From assembly GCA_963676615.1 (NCBI GenBank), contig OY781092.1, positions 1,216,001 through 1,280,000 of the forward strand: a stretch of 64,000 nt of DNA, given 5' to 3'. The translations under genes and the position numbers were made by a program. The number at the start of each line of letters is the position of its first letter. Positions within the stretch are counted from its first letter, which is position 1. The notes beneath the pieces are model-generated. The model was not told the DNA's origin, ran no database searches, and saw only the letters and a list, made by a program, of their open reading frames with translations. Below are positions 27,622-38,655 of the stretch, piece after piece. This DNA is from Candidatus Cloacimonadota bacterium. Lineage in GTDB: Bacteria > Cloacimonadota > Cloacimonadia > G963667145.

Positions 27622-27735
27622 CTAACCTTGTCTTTGTTTATGCTTAGGATTAGAGCAAATCACTCTAACCACACCTTTGCGGACGACTATTTTACAATCC
27701 TTGCAAATCTTTTTTACAGAAGCTTTTACCTTCAT
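27622..27735 (-). CDS. rpmJ: 50S ribosomal protein L36 (37 aa, Zn-ribbon type), missed by the ORF track
   Basis: Manual translation [37 protein letters not shown]. Confidence 0.96.
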   Translation of the reverse strand: MKVKASVKKICKDCKIVVRKGVVRVICSNPKHKQRQG

Positions 27736-27749
27736 TTTCAAACTCCAAA

Positions 27750-27968
27750 CTACTTATATCTATAAATTATTCTGCCCTTGGACAAATCGTAGGGAGAAAT
27801 CTCCAACTTCAACTTATCTCCTGTCAGAATTCTAATATAATGCATCCTCATTTTTCCCGAGAGATGCGCAATAATCTCGTGGTCGTTTTCCAGCTTTACC
27901 CGAAATTTCGTTCCCGGCAAAATCTCCACAACCTCGCCATCAATCTCAATATTATCTACTTTCGCCAT
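27750..27968 (-). CDS. infA: Translation initiation factor IF-1
   Basis: [33 protein letters not shown]. Confidence 0.96.
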   Translation of the reverse strand: MAKVDNIEIDGEVVEILPGTKFRVKLENDHEIIAHLSGKMRMHYIRILTGDKLKLEISPYDLSKGRIIYRYK

Positions 27969-27983
27969 AATCCCTCTAAAAAA

Positions 27984-28742
27984 TTAGCCTATCGTTAAAA
28001 TTTCTGCCTCATCGTCGGTCACCAAAACGGTGTACTCGTAATGAGCAGAGCGGCTACCATCTGCAACCAAACACTCCCAGCCATCTTCGATTATCCGATT
28101 TGTGCCCTGATTAAACATCGGCTCAATCGCCAAAGTCATCCCAGATTTCAATCGCACACCAGTTCCTTTTTTGCCCACATTGGGAATAGACGGCTCTTCG
28201 TGCAAATTTCTGCCAATGCCATGACCTGTCAGATAATCGGCAGGAAAATAGCCATTTTTTTCAGCCACCTTTTGGATAGCAGCAGACAAATCTCCCACTC
28301 GGTTACCATTTCTCGCCAAAGCGACAGCTGTGTCAAGAGCTTCCTTTGTAATTTTCATCAGCCGTTTATCAGCGTCGGAAATCTGCCCAACAGCGTAAGT
28401 TCTAGCCGCATCGCCGTAAAATCCATCCAAATATGTGCCGACATCCACACCTATAATATCTCCGTCCTGCAAAATCGTCTGCTTGCTGGGAATCCCGTGC
28501 ACAATCGCCGAATTTACCGAGGTGCAAACATCGCCAGGAAACGGCGGCAACCCAGGAACGCTATAGCCTTTAAAAGCAGGCTTTGCTCCCGCAGCCAAAA
28601 TAAACTCCCGCGAAATTTTGTTAATCTCCCAAGTGCTCATTCCCGCTTTGATAACGCCCTCTAGATAGTCCAGCAAATCGCCAACGATTTTGTTGGCAGC
28701 CCGCATTTTCTCTATCTCGTTTGCATTTTTTAGCGAAATCAC
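27984..28742 (-). CDS. map: Type I methionine aminopeptidase
   Basis: CTSVN…VHGIP, DVG…GFYGD, GHGIG..LHEEP, AIEPM, SAHYE. Confidence 0.95.
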   Translation of the reverse strand: MISLKNANEIEKMRAANKIVGDLLDYLEGVIKAGMSTWEINKISREFILAAGAKPAFKGYSVPGLPPFPGDVCTSVNSAIVHGIPSKQTILQDGDIIGVDVGTYLDGFYGDAARTYAVGQISDADKRLMKITKEALDTAVALARNGNRVGDLSAAIQKVAEKNGYFPADYLTGHGIGRNLHEEPSIPNVGKKGTGVRLKSGMTLAIEPMFNQGTNRIIEDGWECLVADGSRSAHYEYTVLVTDDEAEILTIG

Positions 28743-30061
28743 CTAGCTCTTCTGCCCCTAATCTTGCCGTGTTTCATAAACCCGTCGTAGTGCCGAGAAA
28801 TCAGCTGACCCTCTAGCTGTTGCAAAATATCCAGCGCAACGCCCACAACAATGATGATACTCGTTCCGCCAAAATATATCGGCGAGTTTGTGTATTCGAT
28901 CAAAAATTGAGGTATCACCGCAATCATCGCGAAAAAAATCGCTCCCGGCAAAGTTATCCGCGCAATAACGCTGTTCAAATACTCTGCAGTGCTTTTTCCG
29001 GGCTTTTTCCCAGGGATAAATCCACCGAACTTTTTCATATTGTTCGCCATCTCGATCGGATTTAGGACGATTGCTGTGTAGAAATAAGCGAAAAATACAA
29101 TCAGAATGACATACAAAATCGTGTAGGTAAAAGCTCCCGGAGACAACGCGCTAGCCACTGAGTTCATAAAAACACTTTCTTTGAAAAAAGCCGCTATCGT
29201 CTTGGGAAACATTATCACCGCTTGAGCAAAAATTATCGGAATAACGCCAGCCGTGTTCACTTTCAAAGGAATGTGAGAAGATTGTCCGCCATAAATTTTG
29301 CGACCAACTATCCGCTTGGCGTATTGCACTGGCAGCTTTCTCTCCGCTTGTGTCACATAGACCACCAAACCAGTTACGATGACTATCGTCGCCAAAATTA
29401 TCACCACATTTGTCGTCGGCATAGAGCCAGCGTAAATCATCCGCGCCATATTATAGAAGCCTATGGGATAGTTCACCACGATGCCCGCAAAGATAATCAG
29501 CGAGATACCGTTACCGATGCCTCTGTCGGTGATGCGCTCGCCGAACCACATTATGATCATCGTGCCTGTCAAAAGGGTCGTCACCGCAGCGATTGTAAAC
29601 ATCAAGCCGCTGTTTGGCACTACAGCTTTGCCCGCAGAAGTGTATAGATTTTGCAAAAATATGGTAATACCTATCGAGTTAAAAGCGCCCACTATCAAAG
29701 TTCCATACCTTGTGTACTGCGTTATTTTTCGCTGTCCCTCGGCTCCTTCGTGCTTTAGTTTTTCAAAAAACGGGAAAACTCCGCCCAAAAGCTGCATCAC
29801 GATAGATGCGGTAATGTAGGGCATAATTCCCAGAGCGAAAATCGACGCACGCTGAAAGTTGCCGCCAACGAACATATCGAACATCCCAAAGAGGGTGCCC
29901 TCTCCGCCCGAAGTAGCAAAAAATTCCGACAGAGCGCCCGTATCGATGCCCGGCACAGGGATATAGCCCCCCAACCGATAGAGCACCAAAATGAAAGCGG
30001 TAAAAAGGACTTTGTTCTTCAGCTCGGCAATCTTAAAAACATTTAATAGATTTTTAAGCAA
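28739..30061 (-). CDS. secY: Preprotein translocase SecY
   Basis: SIFALGIMPYITASI, GIGNGISLIIF, AGVIPIIFA, FIPG..PG. Confidence 0.97.
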   Translation of the reverse strand: MLKNLLNVFKIAELKNKVLFTAFILVLYRLGGYIPVPGIDTGALSEFFATSGGEGTLFGMFDMFVGGNFQRASIFALGIMPYITASIVMQLLGGVFPFFEKLKHEGAEGQRKITQYTRYGTLIVGAFNSIGITIFLQNLYTSAGKAVVPNSGLMFTIAAVTTLLTGTMIIMWFGERITDRGIGNGISLIIFAGIVVNYPIGFYNMARMIYAGSMPTTNVVIILATIVIVTGLVVYVTQAERKLPVQYAKRIVGRKIYGGQSSHIPLKVNTAGVIPIIFAQAVIMFPKTIAAFFKESVFMNSVASALSPGAFTYTILYVILIVFFAYFYTAIVLNPIEMANNMKKFGGFIPGKKPGKSTAEYLNSVIARITLPGAIFFAMIAVIPQFLIEYTNSPIYFGGTSIIIVVGVALDILQQLEGQLISRHYDGFMKHGKIRGRRAR

Positions 30062-30062
30062 T

Positions 30063-30500
30063 TTAAATCTCCTTTACGCTTCCACCACAAGATTCTATCA
30101 GCTTTTTAGCGTTTTTGGAAAATTTGTTCGCCTCTACATTCAGAGCCACTTTCATCTCGTCAACGCCCGAAGCCAAAACCTTAACCGGCAACAGTTTTTT
30201 AGGAATAATTCCGTTCTCTTCCATAGCCGCAACGCTGATATCAGACTGCCCCAAAGCTAGCAACGAGCCAAGATTGACAATTCTATACTCTTTTCTGTTG
30301 ATGCTGGTAAAACCTCTTTTTGGCAAACGGCGTTGCAAAGGCATTTGACCACCCTCGAACCAAGCAGGAATGTTGCCACCGCTTCTTGACTTTTGACCGT
30401 TATAGCCTCTACCGCCAGTTTTACCAAGACCAGAAGCTCTTCCTTTTCCCCTTCTCTTCTTATTTTTCAGAGCAGGTTTATTCAGATTAGACAAATTCAT
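30063..30500 (-). CDS. rplO: 50S ribosomal protein L15
   Basis: GKTGGRG..GQKSRSG, FEGGQMPL.RRLPKRGF. Confidence 0.96.
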   Translation of the reverse strand: MNLSNLNKPALKNKKRRGKGRASGLGKTGGRGYNGQKSRSGGNIPAWFEGGQMPLQRRLPKRGFTSINRKEYRIVNLGSLLALGQSDISVAAMEENGIIPKKLLPVKVLASGVDEMKVALNVEANKFSKNAKKLIESCGGSVKEI

Positions 30501-30514
30501 CTTTCACCCCTATC

Positions 30515-30697
30515 TTAAACTTCTTCAACCTTCAAAAGATAATTAACCTTGTTAATCATCCCGCGGATAATTGCGTTATCCGCGTGCACTCTCGATCTGC
30601 TGATTTTGCCCAATCCAAGAGCTTTAATCGTGCCTTTGACCTTCTCGGTTCTGCCGATTGTGCTTTTGATTTGAGTCACTTTCAATTTTTTAGCCAT
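30515..30697 (-). CDS. rpmD: 50S ribosomal protein L30
   Basis: LKVTQIKS.IG, ALGL, IRGMINKV. Confidence 0.95.
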   Translation of the reverse strand: MAKKLKVTQIKSTIGRTEKVKGTIKALGLGKISRSRVHADNAIIRGMINKVNYLLKVEEV

Positions 30698-31218
30698 TAT
30701 TCGCTCCCTTTGACCAGATCGTCCAAACTTTTGCCGCGAAGTTTCATCACCTCGTGCACAGTTCTGAGCTTCTTGAGTCCGTCAATCGTCGCTTTTGCCA
30801 CATTCACAGAAGTGTTTGAGCCCAAAGATTTTGTCAAAATATTTTGCACGCCAGCTGCCTCTAGCACCGCACGCGCAGGACCTCCAGCGATAATTCCCGT
30901 TCCGTCGGAAGCAGGTTTGAGCATCACTTTGCTGGCTTTAAATTTACCCACAATCTCGTGAGGAATCGTGCCATTCACAAGCGGAACACTGAACATTTCC
31001 GCAGCAGCGTTATCTTTGGCTTTGCGAATTGCATCGGTAATCTCGTTGGCTTTTCCGCTGGCAAAACCCAGCTTTCCGTTTTTATCTCCAACGACCATCG
31101 CAGCGTTAAAACTGAAGTTTCTACCACCTTTGACCACTTTGGCAACTCTGGCGGTGGACACTATTTTTTCAACTTCAAATCCGCTTTTGGCCGGGCTTTC
31201 GTTTCTTTGCTTTTTCAA
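30697..31218 (-). CDS. rpsE: 30S ribosomal protein S5
   Basis: RVAKVVKGGR.FSF, KPA..GTGIIAGG, KSLGS. Confidence 0.96.
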   Translation of the reverse strand: MKKQRNESPAKSGFEVEKIVSTARVAKVVKGGRNFSFNAAMVVGDKNGKLGFASGKANEITDAIRKAKDNAAAEMFSVPLVNGTIPHEIVGKFKASKVMLKPASDGTGIIAGGPARAVLEAAGVQNILTKSLGSNTSVNVAKATIDGLKKLRTVHEVMKLRGKSLDDLVKGSE

Positions 31219-31227
31219 AATATCTCC

Positions 31228-31599
31228 TTATAACACCAGGCCGGCTTCTCTTGCGCCGTCCACCACAGCTTTCACTCTGCCATGGTATTTATAACCGTTC
31301 CTGTCCACGCAAGCGGCTTTAATTTTGGCATCTTTCGCCCTTTGACCAAGAGCTTTGCCAACCAAAAAACCTTGCTCGCATTTGTTACCCTCAAACTTAG
31401 CGTCTTTTTCCACAGTCGAACAAGAAACCAAAGTTTTGCCACTCTCGTCGTCCACCATTTGCGCGTAAATATTTTTAAGAGAGCGATAAATCACCAATCT
31501 AGGTCTTTCGGCGGTTCCCTTCACTTTTTGGATATAAGCCTTTTTCCTTCTAAGTCTTGAGGCAAATTTTTGATAACATTTAGATAATTTCTTTCTCAT
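31228..31599 (-). CDS. rplR: 50S ribosomal protein L18
   Basis: GTAERPRL, DRNGYKYHGRV, AREAGL. Confidence 0.95.
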   Translation of the reverse strand: MRKKLSKCYQKFASRLRRKKAYIQKVKGTAERPRLVIYRSLKNIYAQMVDDESGKTLVSCSTVEKDAKFEGNKCEQGFLVGKALGQRAKDAKIKAACVDRNGYKYHGRVKAVVDGAREAGLVL

Positions 31600-31617
31600 T
31601 TTTTGTCTCCTCAATCC

Positions 31618-32175
31618 TTATTCGGCTTTTTTGCCTTGTTTAATCTTGACATATTCGTCTTTATATCGCACGCCTTTGCCTTTGTAATTCTCTGGCGGCT
31701 TTATCTTGCGAATTTGATCTGCAAACTTGCCAACCTCTTCTTTGTCAATGCCCGAGATTTTTACCTCGACATTCACAGCAAGAGCTTGTTTGCCTTCTGG
31801 TGTTGCAGCCTCAACACTAAGGTGCGCAGGCACTTCCACGATCACCTCGTGAGAAAAACCAAGATTGCATCTGAGCCACTTGCCTTGCATTTTTGCGTTA
31901 AAACCAGTTCCGATAAACTGCAAAGTTTTGCTCCAGCCAGTGCTGACTCCGATTACCATATTGTTCAAAAGAGCTCTGGTCATTCCGTGGATAGCGCGCA
32001 AAGAGTCGCTCTCCCTTGTCACGACAAGCACTCCGTCGTTATTTTTTACATTCACTCCAGACAAAACGGTAAAGTCGCTCTGACCCAAAGGTCCTTTAAC
32101 CACGATATCTTTACCTTTGATAGAAACTTCTACCTTTTCTGGGATACTAATTGGCAGGTCACCTATTCTCGACAT
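31618..32175 (-). CDS. rplF: 50S ribosomal protein L6
   Basis: MSRIG, KGPLG, LGFSH, PPENYKGKGVRY. Confidence 0.95.
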   Translation of the reverse strand: MSRIGDLPISIPEKVEVSIKGKDIVVKGPLGQSDFTVLSGVNVKNNDGVLVVTRESDSLRAIHGMTRALLNNMVIGVSTGWSKTLQFIGTGFNAKMQGKWLRCNLGFSHEVIVEVPAHLSVEAATPEGKQALAVNVEVKISGIDKEEVGKFADQIRKIKPPENYKGKGVRYKDEYVKIKQGKKAE

Positions 32176-32183
32176 CTTTCCTC

Positions 32184-32597
32184 CTACCAAACTTTGCAAA
32201 CATATTCGCCGCCAATGTTTTTCGCTTTGGCATCTCTGTCCACCATCACACCTTGAGATGTGGAGATAATCGCACAGCCCAAATTGTTATAAACAGTTGG
32301 CAAATTTTTTGCATTTACATAAACCCGCAAACCTGGGGTACTCACTCTTTGGATGCCTTGCAACACAGGAGCCTCGTCCTTTGTATATTTCAGCACCAAC
32401 GAAAGTTGCTTGCGCACTCTCTTTTGAGACACATCTCTTTCCAAAACTTCATAGGACTCCACAAAATTTTCTTGGTCGAGCAGTTTCACAATTCCTTCGA
32501 CAAGCTTGCAATGATCGACAAAGACCGCCTTGTGATTTGCACGATAAGCGTTCCTAATCTTTGTCAAAGCGTTAGCTATAGGATCTGACACACTCAT
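32184..32597 (-). CDS. rpsH: 30S ribosomal protein S8
   Basis: DPIA..LTKIRNA, RVSTPGLRVY, STSQGV, GGE. Confidence 0.95.
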   Translation of the reverse strand: MSVSDPIANALTKIRNAYRANHKAVFVDHCKLVEGIVKLLDQENFVESYEVLERDVSQKRVRKQLSLVLKYTKDEAPVLQGIQRVSTPGLRVYVNAKNLPTVYNNLGCAIISTSQGVMVDRDAKAKNIGGEYVCKVW

Positions 32598-32619
32598 TCT
32601 TAATTCTCCTTAAATCTTC

Positions 32620-32805
32620 TTACCAACTGGCTTTGGTCACACCAGGGATTTCCCCGTTAGACGCCAATTTTCTAAAACAAAGCCTGCAAAGACCAAAGTC
32701 CCTGATATAACCTCTTGGACGCCCACATTGTTGGCAGCGGTTATACTCTCTCACTTTGAACTTTTGCGCTCTTTTTTGTTTAACAATCATCGATTTTTTC
32801 GCCAT
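32620..32805 (-). CDS. rpsZ: 30S ribosomal protein S14, short Zn-binding (type Z)
   Basis: 61 aa, CQQC…[13 protein letters not shown]. Confidence 0.95.
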   Translation of the reverse strand: MAKKSMIVKQKRAQKFKVREYNRCQQCGRPRGYIRDFGLCRLCFRKLASNGEIPGVTKASW

Positions 32806-32814
32806 AACAACTCC

Positions 32815-33351
32815 CTAATTTTTCTTGAAGGGGAAGCCCAAGCCGCTGAGCAACTTAAAAGCGCCTTCGTTCGTCACAGCGCTCGTGCAGACCACAATAC
32901 TCAACCCGCGAACGCTATCCACCTTATCATAATCGATTTCTGGAAAAATAACCTGCTCCTGCAATCCAAGAGCGTAATTACCTCTGCCGTCAAAAGATTT
33001 GGCTGGAATGCCCCTAAAGTCTTTGAGCTTCGGCAAAACAACCGAGATGAGCTTGTCCACAAACTCATACATCGCATCGCCACGCAAAGTCACTTTGCAT
33101 CCGATAGGCATACCCTCGCGGAGTTTGAAGTTCGAAATCGACTTTCTCGCCTTAGTCACAATCGGCTTTCTACCGGTAATCAGTGTCATATCTTTGACCG
33201 CACCATCCAGAAGAGCCTTGTTTTGCGTAGCCTCGCCAACGCCCATATTCACCACGACCTTCTCTAACTTTGGCACTTGGCAAATATTCTTATAATCTTT
33301 TTTGAGCGAAGGCACTACATCTTTCAAATATTTATCTTGCAATCTGTTCAT
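32815..33351 (-). CDS. rplE: 50S ribosomal protein L5
   Basis: [37 protein letters not shown]. Confidence 0.96.
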   Translation of the reverse strand: MNRLQDKYLKDVVPSLKKDYKNICQVPKLEKVVVNMGVGEATQNKALLDGAVKDMTLITGRKPIVTKARKSISNFKLREGMPIGCKVTLRGDAMYEFVDKLISVVLPKLKDFRGIPAKSFDGRGNYALGLQEQVIFPEIDYDKVDSVRGLSIVVCTSAVTNEGAFKLLSGLGFPFKKN

Positions 33352-33683
33352 TTACTGTCCCTCGATAACAACTCTTCGCCAGACTTTTTGCAAACTCTGA
33401 CTCTTTTTTCGCCCATTTTCTTGTAAACAGGCTTTGTAACACTTTTGAGTTTTTGATTAAACAACATCACATTAGAAGCGTCGATAGGACCCTCCATCTC
33501 GATGATGCCGCCTTGTGGATTGTTCTGATCAGGTCGCACATGCTTTTTCTTCACATTCACTTTTTCCACAATCACTCTACCTTTTTTGCGGTCAACAGCC
33601 AAAATCTTGCCCTTTGCTCCTTTGGATGAGCCAGAGATTACCACCACAAAATCGTCTTTTTTCAATCTGATTTTCTTATCCAT
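33348..33683 (-). CDS. rplX: 50S ribosomal protein L24
   Basis: KOW motif, VNVKKKH, GGIIE.E.PI..SNV. Confidence 0.95.
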   Translation of the reverse strand: MDKKIRLKKDDFVVVISGSSKGAKGKILAVDRKKGRVIVEKVNVKKKHVRPDQNNPQGGIIEMEGPIDASNVMLFNQKLKSVTKPVYKKMGEKRVRVCKKSGEELLSRDSK

Positions 33684-33701
33684 TGCGATACTCTCCTTAA
33701 A

Positions 33702-34070
33702 CTACACCACTTCTGGAGCCAGAGACAAAATTTTGGAATATCCAAACTCTCTGAGCTCTCTAGACACAGGACCAAAAACACGAGTTCCAATCGGCTCTCC
33801 CGCATCGTTAACCATCACCACAGCGTTGTCCGAAAATCTGATATAAGAACCGTCAGCTCTTCTCACAGCTTTTTTCGTTCTCACAATCAAACCTTTAGCC
33901 ACAGCTTTTTTCTTGATTCTGCCGCCCGGCAAAGCTTTTTTGACAGCCACAACGATAATATCACCTACGGTAGCGTATCTTCTTTTTGAGCCGCCAAGCA
34001 CTTTGATGCACTCGGCAAGTTTGGCTCCAGAATTATCAGCCACTACCAAATTCGTTTGCATTTGTATCAT
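33702..34070 (-). CDS. rplN: 50S ribosomal protein L14
   Basis: [25 protein letters not shown]. Confidence 0.97.
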   Translation of the reverse strand: MIQMQTNLVVADNSGAKLAECIKVLGGSKRRYATVGDIIVVAVKKALPGGRIKKKAVAKGLIVRTKKAVRRADGSYIRFSDNAVVMVNDAGEPIGTRVFGPVSRELREFGYSKILSLAPEVV

Positions 34071-34082
34071 AACAAATCGTCC

Positions 34083-34334
34083 TTATTTACTCTCTTCCAA
34101 CACTTTATCCAAAACCCATTTTTTGGTCTTGCTAAAAGGTTTAGACTCTTTAATCATCACAATATCGCCAAGTTTGCAAACATTGTTTTGGTCGTGAGCC
34201 TTCACTTTTTTGTGTCTTCTAACCATCTTTTTATACAAAGGATGAGCAAATTTTCTCTCGATCTCCACGACAATCGTCTTTTCCATCTTATCGGAGACGA
34301 CCTTGCCAATCCTTACAAGTCTTCTACTAAACAT
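34083..34334 (-). CDS. rpsQ: 30S ribosomal protein S17
   Basis: [23 protein letters not shown]. Confidence 0.95.
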   Translation of the reverse strand: MFSRRLVRIGKVVSDKMEKTIVVEIERKFAHPLYKKMVRRHKKVKAHDQNNVCKLGDIVMIKESKPFSKTKKWVLDKVLEESK

Positions 34335-34533
34335 TTGCCACCTCTGCTCTTGCTCTTTCGTTTACCACAGTTTTGATTCTCGCGATACTTCTTCTGGCAG
34401 ACTTGAAAGCCGAAGGCGTCTCCAGCTTGCCCATAGACAAAGCAAAGCGAAGATCGAACAACTTCTCTTCCAGCTTGTCCAAATTGTCTTGCAATTCAGA
34501 ATCGCTCATCTGACGAATCTCTGCAATTTTCAT
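34327..34533 (-). CDS. rpmC: 50S ribosomal protein L29
   Basis: [15 protein letters not shown]; canonical position. Confidence 0.94.
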   Translation of the reverse strand: MKIAEIRQMSDSELQDNLDKLEEKLFDLRFALSMGKLETPSAFKSARRSIARIKTVVNERARAEVANV

Positions 34534-34949
34534 ATTCTCACCTCTCCTCTACAAACCATCTCGGTTTTGATCGGCAACTTCTTTCCAGCCTTAGAGATAG
34601 CCTCTCTTGCCAAATCCTCGTCATCAATCTCCAGCTCAAACAACACTCTGCCTGGCTTTACCACAGCTACCCAATATTCTGGCTCACCCTTACCTTTACC
34701 CATCCGAGTCTCGGCTGGTGTCTGTGTAAACGGCTTGTCCGGAAAAATACGAATATGAACCTTTCCTGTTCTTTTCAAAGTTCTGGTCAATACAACACGA
34801 ACCGCCTCAATCTGACGAGAGTTGATCCAACCACAACTTTGCGCAAGCAACCCAAAATTGCCAAAACTAACGGCGCTGCCACGATGAGCGAGCCCCTTCA
34901 TTCTGCCTCTTTGTTGCTTTCTAAACTTAGTTCTCTTTGGTGCTAACAT
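34530..34949 (-). CDS. rplP: 50S ribosomal protein L16
   Basis: [27 protein letters not shown]. Confidence 0.96.
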   Translation of the reverse strand: MLAPKRTKFRKQQRGRMKGLAHRGSAVSFGNFGLLAQSCGWINSRQIEAVRVVLTRTLKRTGKVHIRIFPDKPFTQTPAETRMGKGKGEPEYWVAVVKPGRVLFELEIDDEDLAREAISKAGKKLPIKTEMVCRGEVRI

Positions 34950-34966
34950 TACCTTAACTCCTTAAA

Positions 34967-35614
34967 TTAACTGAGGATATCGCCCTTGTATATCCAAACT
35001 TTAATACCAATGATACCGTATGTGGTGTTGGCCTCGACCAAAGCGTAATCGATATCGGCTCTGAGAGTGTGCAGGGGTGTCGAACCTTCTGTGTATCTCT
35101 CTGTCCTTGCCATTTCCGCTCCGCCCAATCTGCCAGAACACTGAATTTTGATACCTATGGCGCCATCTCTTTTGGCGTTTCTGATAGCGAACTTCATCAC
35201 TCTTCTAAAAGAGACGCGATTTTGCAACTGCCGCGCAATCTCCTGACCAACCAGCTTCGCATCGCACCACATCTTTTTCACTTCGTTCACATTCACAAAA
35301 ACCGAAATATTTTTATCTCTTTTTTTGTTCAACAAAAGCGAAAGCTCTTGTCGCAGCAACTCGATCTCGGCACCTTTTTTACCAATAACTTGTCCTGGTC
35401 TTGCGGTGTAGATATCCACCGTAAGTTGCGAACTTTTGCGATAAATCTTGATTTTAGAAACCATCGCTGTGGCAAGTCTGTGTTTGAGATACTTTTTGAT
35501 CATCAAATCTTCTTGCAAATTAGCGATATACTCTTTACCCGTTGCGAACCAAATAGAATCGGACTCCTTATTTATTCCAAGGCGCAGACCTATCGGATTA
35601 ACTTTTTGTCCCAT
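34967..35614 (-). CDS. rpsC: 30S ribosomal protein S3
   Basis: MGQKVNPIGLRLG, RPG.VIGKKG, SGRLGGAE.AR, PLHTLRADIDY. Confidence 0.97.
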   Translation of the reverse strand: MGQKVNPIGLRLGINKESDSIWFATGKEYIANLQEDLMIKKYLKHRLATAMVSKIKIYRKSSQLTVDIYTARPGQVIGKKGAEIELLRQELSLLLNKKRDKNISVFVNVNEVKKMWCDAKLVGQEIARQLQNRVSFRRVMKFAIRNAKRDGAIGIKIQCSGRLGGAEMARTERYTEGSTPLHTLRADIDYALVEANTTYGIIGIKVWIYKGDILS

Positions 35615-35615
35615 T

Positions 35616-35972
35616 CTACTCTCCTTCCTTGCTCACATCTTTGACAAACAAATGAATGTGGCAGCTTCTCTTCAAAATTCTGGTGGCTCTACCTTGAGCT
35701 CTTGGTCTAAAACGCTTGTTTGTGCGTCCTTCGTTGGCAAAAGCTTGAGAAACAATCAAATCGCTCTCGCTCACGCCGTCTGCCAAATCTTTCGCGTTCG
35801 CCACAGCAGAATTTAGGAGCTTATACATTTGCTTAGCCACTTTTTGCTTCGACAAAAACAAAATCTTTTGCGCAGCTGGCACAGATTTGCCTCTGACCAA
35901 ATCCACAACCAAGCGGGCTTTGCGAGCAGAACCTTTATAATTTTTTAATACAGCTTTATATTCCATAGTCAT
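35616..35972 (-). CDS. rplV: 50S ribosomal protein L22
   Basis: SARKARLVVDLVRG, SAVANA, RPRAQGRA. Confidence 0.95.
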   Translation of the reverse strand: MTMEYKAVLKNYKGSARKARLVVDLVRGKSVPAAQKILFLSKQKVAKQMYKLLNSAVANAKDLADGVSESDLIVSQAFANEGRTNKRFRPRAQGRATRILKRSCHIHLFVKDVSKEGE

Positions 35973-36235
35973 TAACCCCTATTTGTATGCGCTCTAAAAG
36001 TCCGAGTGTGAGAAAATTCGCCAAATTTGTGTCCGACCAAATCTTCCGACACAAACACAGGGATGAATTTTTTACCATTATGCACAGCAAAAGTATAACC
36101 AATGAACTCTGGGATAATCGTAGATCTTCTCGACCAAGTCTTGATGACCGACTTTTTCCCTTCTTTTTCCATATTCTGCACCTTCTTGAGCAAATGCTCA
36201 TCGACGAAAGGGCTTTTTTTTACTGAGCGAGCCAT
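35972..36235 (-). CDS. rpsS: 30S ribosomal protein S19
   Basis: [21 protein letters not shown]. Confidence 0.96.
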   Translation of the reverse strand: MARSVKKSPFVDEHLLKKVQNMEKEGKKSVIKTWSRRSTIIPEFIGYTFAVHNGKKFIPVFVSEDLVGHKFGEFSHTRTFRAHTNRG

Positions 36236-37074
36236 TATTTCCTACCTCTTCTCTTTTTAGCTTTTACGATAAACTTATCAGAATATTTTTTCTTCTTGCG
36301 AGTCTTTCCGCCTTTGGCAAGCACGCCCCAAGGAGACCTTGGATGACCACCACCAGAGGTTTTCGCCTCGCCACCACCCATCGGGTGATCCACGGGGTTC
36401 ATCACAACGCCACGCACTTTTGGTCTTCTGCCCAGCCATCTGCTTCTGCCGGCTTTACCCAGCTGCAAGGTGTTGCGCTCTACATTGCCGACCTGTCCGA
36501 TTGTCGCATAGCAGTTCTCACGCACCAAGTGAACATCGCCCGATGGCATCTTCAGGTGAACATAGCCGCTGTCTTTGGCAACAATCTGCACATAAGAGCC
36601 AGCCGAACGAGCCAACTTTCCACCTCTTCCAGGAGTGAACTCCACATTATGCACCAGCGTTCCAAGCGGAATGTTAATCAGCGGCAAAGCGTTCCCAATA
36701 ACGATTGGAGCTTTCTCGCCAGACAAAACTTTTTGTCCAACTTCGATACCCAGCGGCGCCAAAATGTATCTCTTCTCGCCGTCGATATAATGCAAAAGGC
36801 AAATTCTGGCAGTTCTGTTTGGATCGTATTCAACGCTCGCCACTCTAGCCTCAACACCCACTTTGTTCCTCTTGAAATCGATAATCCGATACTTTCTCTT
36901 GTGACCACCGCCGCGTCTTCTCATCGAGATGCGTCCCTGATTGTTGCGTCCAGCCTTTTTTGGCAAAGGCGCCAGCAAACTTTTCTCTGGAGTAGAGGTC
37001 GTGATTTCGTCAAAAGTGTAACCCGTTTTGAACCTCTGTGTAGGTGTAACTGGTTTGTATTTTCTAATTCCCAT
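36235..37074 (-). CDS. rplB: 50S ribosomal protein L2
   Basis: [32 protein letters not shown]. Confidence 0.97.
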   Translation of the reverse strand: MGIRKYKPVTPTQRFKTGYTFDEITTSTPEKSLLAPLPKKAGRNNQGRISMRRRGGGHKRKYRIIDFKRNKVGVEARVASVEYDPNRTARICLLHYIDGEKRYILAPLGIEVGQKVLSGEKAPIVIGNALPLINIPLGTLVHNVEFTPGRGGKLARSAGSYVQIVAKDSGYVHLKMPSGDVHLVRENCYATIGQVGNVERNTLQLGKAGRSRWLGRRPKVRGVVMNPVDHPMGGGEAKTSGGGHPRSPWGVLAKGGKTRKKKKYSDKFIVKAKKRRGRK

Positions 37075-37088
37075 AACTTCAAAACCCT

Positions 37089-37391
37089 CTAAACTTCAAA
37101 TTGCGGGAACGATTCACCCGTATGCAAAGTAACGATAGCCTTCTTCCAATCGGCTCTCTTTCCAGCAAATCTACCCATACTTTTCACTTTTCCGCGTTGG
37201 CAAATCGTGTTCACATTCTTCACCTTCACCGAAAAAATTTTCTCTAACGCTCTTTTAATCTCAATTTTGTTGGCAGCTTTGCTCACCTTAAAAACATAAG
37301 ATTTCTCGCCCTTGGCGTTTTCAGCCATCAATTCCGAAGATTTTTCGGTAATGTGAGGAGCGATAATTATTTGTCTATCTGATTTTCTCAT
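37089..37391 (-). CDS. rplW: 50S ribosomal protein L23
   Basis: [21 protein letters not shown]. Confidence 0.95.
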   Translation of the reverse strand: MRKSDRQIIIAPHITEKSSELMAENAKGEKSYVFKVSKAANKIEIKRALEKIFSVKVKNVNTICQRGKVKSMGRFAGKRADWKKAIVTLHTGESFPQFEV

Positions 37392-38017
37392 GACCCAAAC
37401 ACCTCAATAACTTTCTTCAGACCACTTTCGGTAATCAAAAGATTGTCCGCATTCAACACTTGATAGGCATAGAGAGTGTCGGCTCTGTCGGTCTTCACAT
37501 CCTCAATATTTGCAAAAGATTTCACCAAAGCAGAATCGCTACTATCAAAAATCACCAGTTTTTTTCTGCCGCTGGCAACACTATCGATAATCGTCTTCGC
37601 TTTTTTGGTCGATGGAGCCTCAAACTTCAAATCTTCTATAACCTTCAATCCCTCTTTTTTCACCAACTGGCTCAAAGCAATTTTTAGCGCCAATCTTTTC
37701 AATTTCTTTGGCAATTTAATCGTCCAATCTTTTGGCTTTGGTCCAAAAGCTCTACCGCCGCCGCGTCTGACTGGAGTTTTGATGTCTCCAGGACGAGCGT
37801 TGCCAGTGCCTTTTTGACGGAACAATTTCTTCCCGCTACCTTTCACCTCAGATCTGCTCTTAACGCTTGATGTGCCTTGTCTTTGGTTGGCAAGATAAGC
37901 CTTGACCGCCTCGTAAATCACCACATCCGCGCCAGCGCACTCTTTGGCAAAAAGTTCTTCGGGCAACGAAACCACGCCGTTTTCCGAGCCGTCCAATTTA
38001 TACTTTTTTATTTCCAT
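37388..38017 (-). CDS. rplD: 50S ribosomal protein L4
   Basis: RQGT…K.RSEV, RQKGTG.AR, GGG.AFGPKP. Confidence 0.96.
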   Translation of the reverse strand: MEIKKYKLDGSENGVVSLPEELFAKECAGADVVIYEAVKAYLANQRQGTSSVKSRSEVKGSGKKLFRQKGTGNARPGDIKTPVRRGGGRAFGPKPKDWTIKLPKKLKRLALKIALSQLVKKEGLKVIEDLKFEAPSTKKAKTIIDSVASGRKKLVIFDSSDSALVKSFANIEDVKTDRADTLYAYQVLNADNLLITESGLKKVIEVFGS

Positions 38018-38031
38018 TTCTAAAAAATCTC

Positions 38032-38646
38032 CTATCCCAGCTTTTTGAGCAAAACTGTGCTGTTTCTATGACCAGGAATTGCACCTTTCACAAAAAGCAA
38101 ATTTTTCTCTTTGTCGATTTTGACAATCCGCAAATTTTTCACAGTTCTGCGCGCGTTTCCATAATGTCCAGGAAGCTTTTTGCCCTTATACACGCGAGAC
38201 GGCGTCGCACACAAACCAATCGAACCCGGTCCACGATAGCTCTCGTGCACACCGTGACTGGCTTTCATTCCGCTAAAGTTGTGTCTTTTCACAACGCCAG
38301 AAAAACCACGCCCTTTGCTCGTGCCGATAACATTCACAATCTCGTTGAGCTGAAACATATCGACCGACAACTCCTCCAGACCTTCCAATTCCGCCTCTGC
38401 ATCCAACCTAAACTCTCTGATAACTTTGTAGCAATCGCCCTTGCAATGTCCTTGCAAAGCTTTGGAAACATTTTTCGACTTCTTCGGGTCAAAACCGACT
38501 TGCACAGCGGTATAGCCGTCCACAGCTTCGGTCTTTTTTTGGAGAACTTTGCAAGGTCCTGCCTGCACAACCGTTACAGGAATTACTTTTGCGCTCTCGT
38601 CAAAAATCTGACTCATTCCAATCTTTTTTCCTACTATTCCTAACAT
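38032..38646 (-). CDS. rplC: 50S ribosomal protein L3
   Basis: GKKIGM, PVTVV, SKGRGF.G..KRH, PGSIG, KGAIPG. Confidence 0.96.
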   Translation of the reverse strand: MLGIVGKKIGMSQIFDESAKVIPVTVVQAGPCKVLQKKTEAVDGYTAVQVGFDPKKSKNVSKALQGHCKGDCYKVIREFRLDAEAELEGLEELSVDMFQLNEIVNVIGTSKGRGFSGVVKRHNFSGMKASHGVHESYRGPGSIGLCATPSRVYKGKKLPGHYGNARRTVKNLRIVKIDKEKNLLFVKGAIPGHRNSTVLLKKLG

Positions 38647-38655
38647 TGTATCTCC

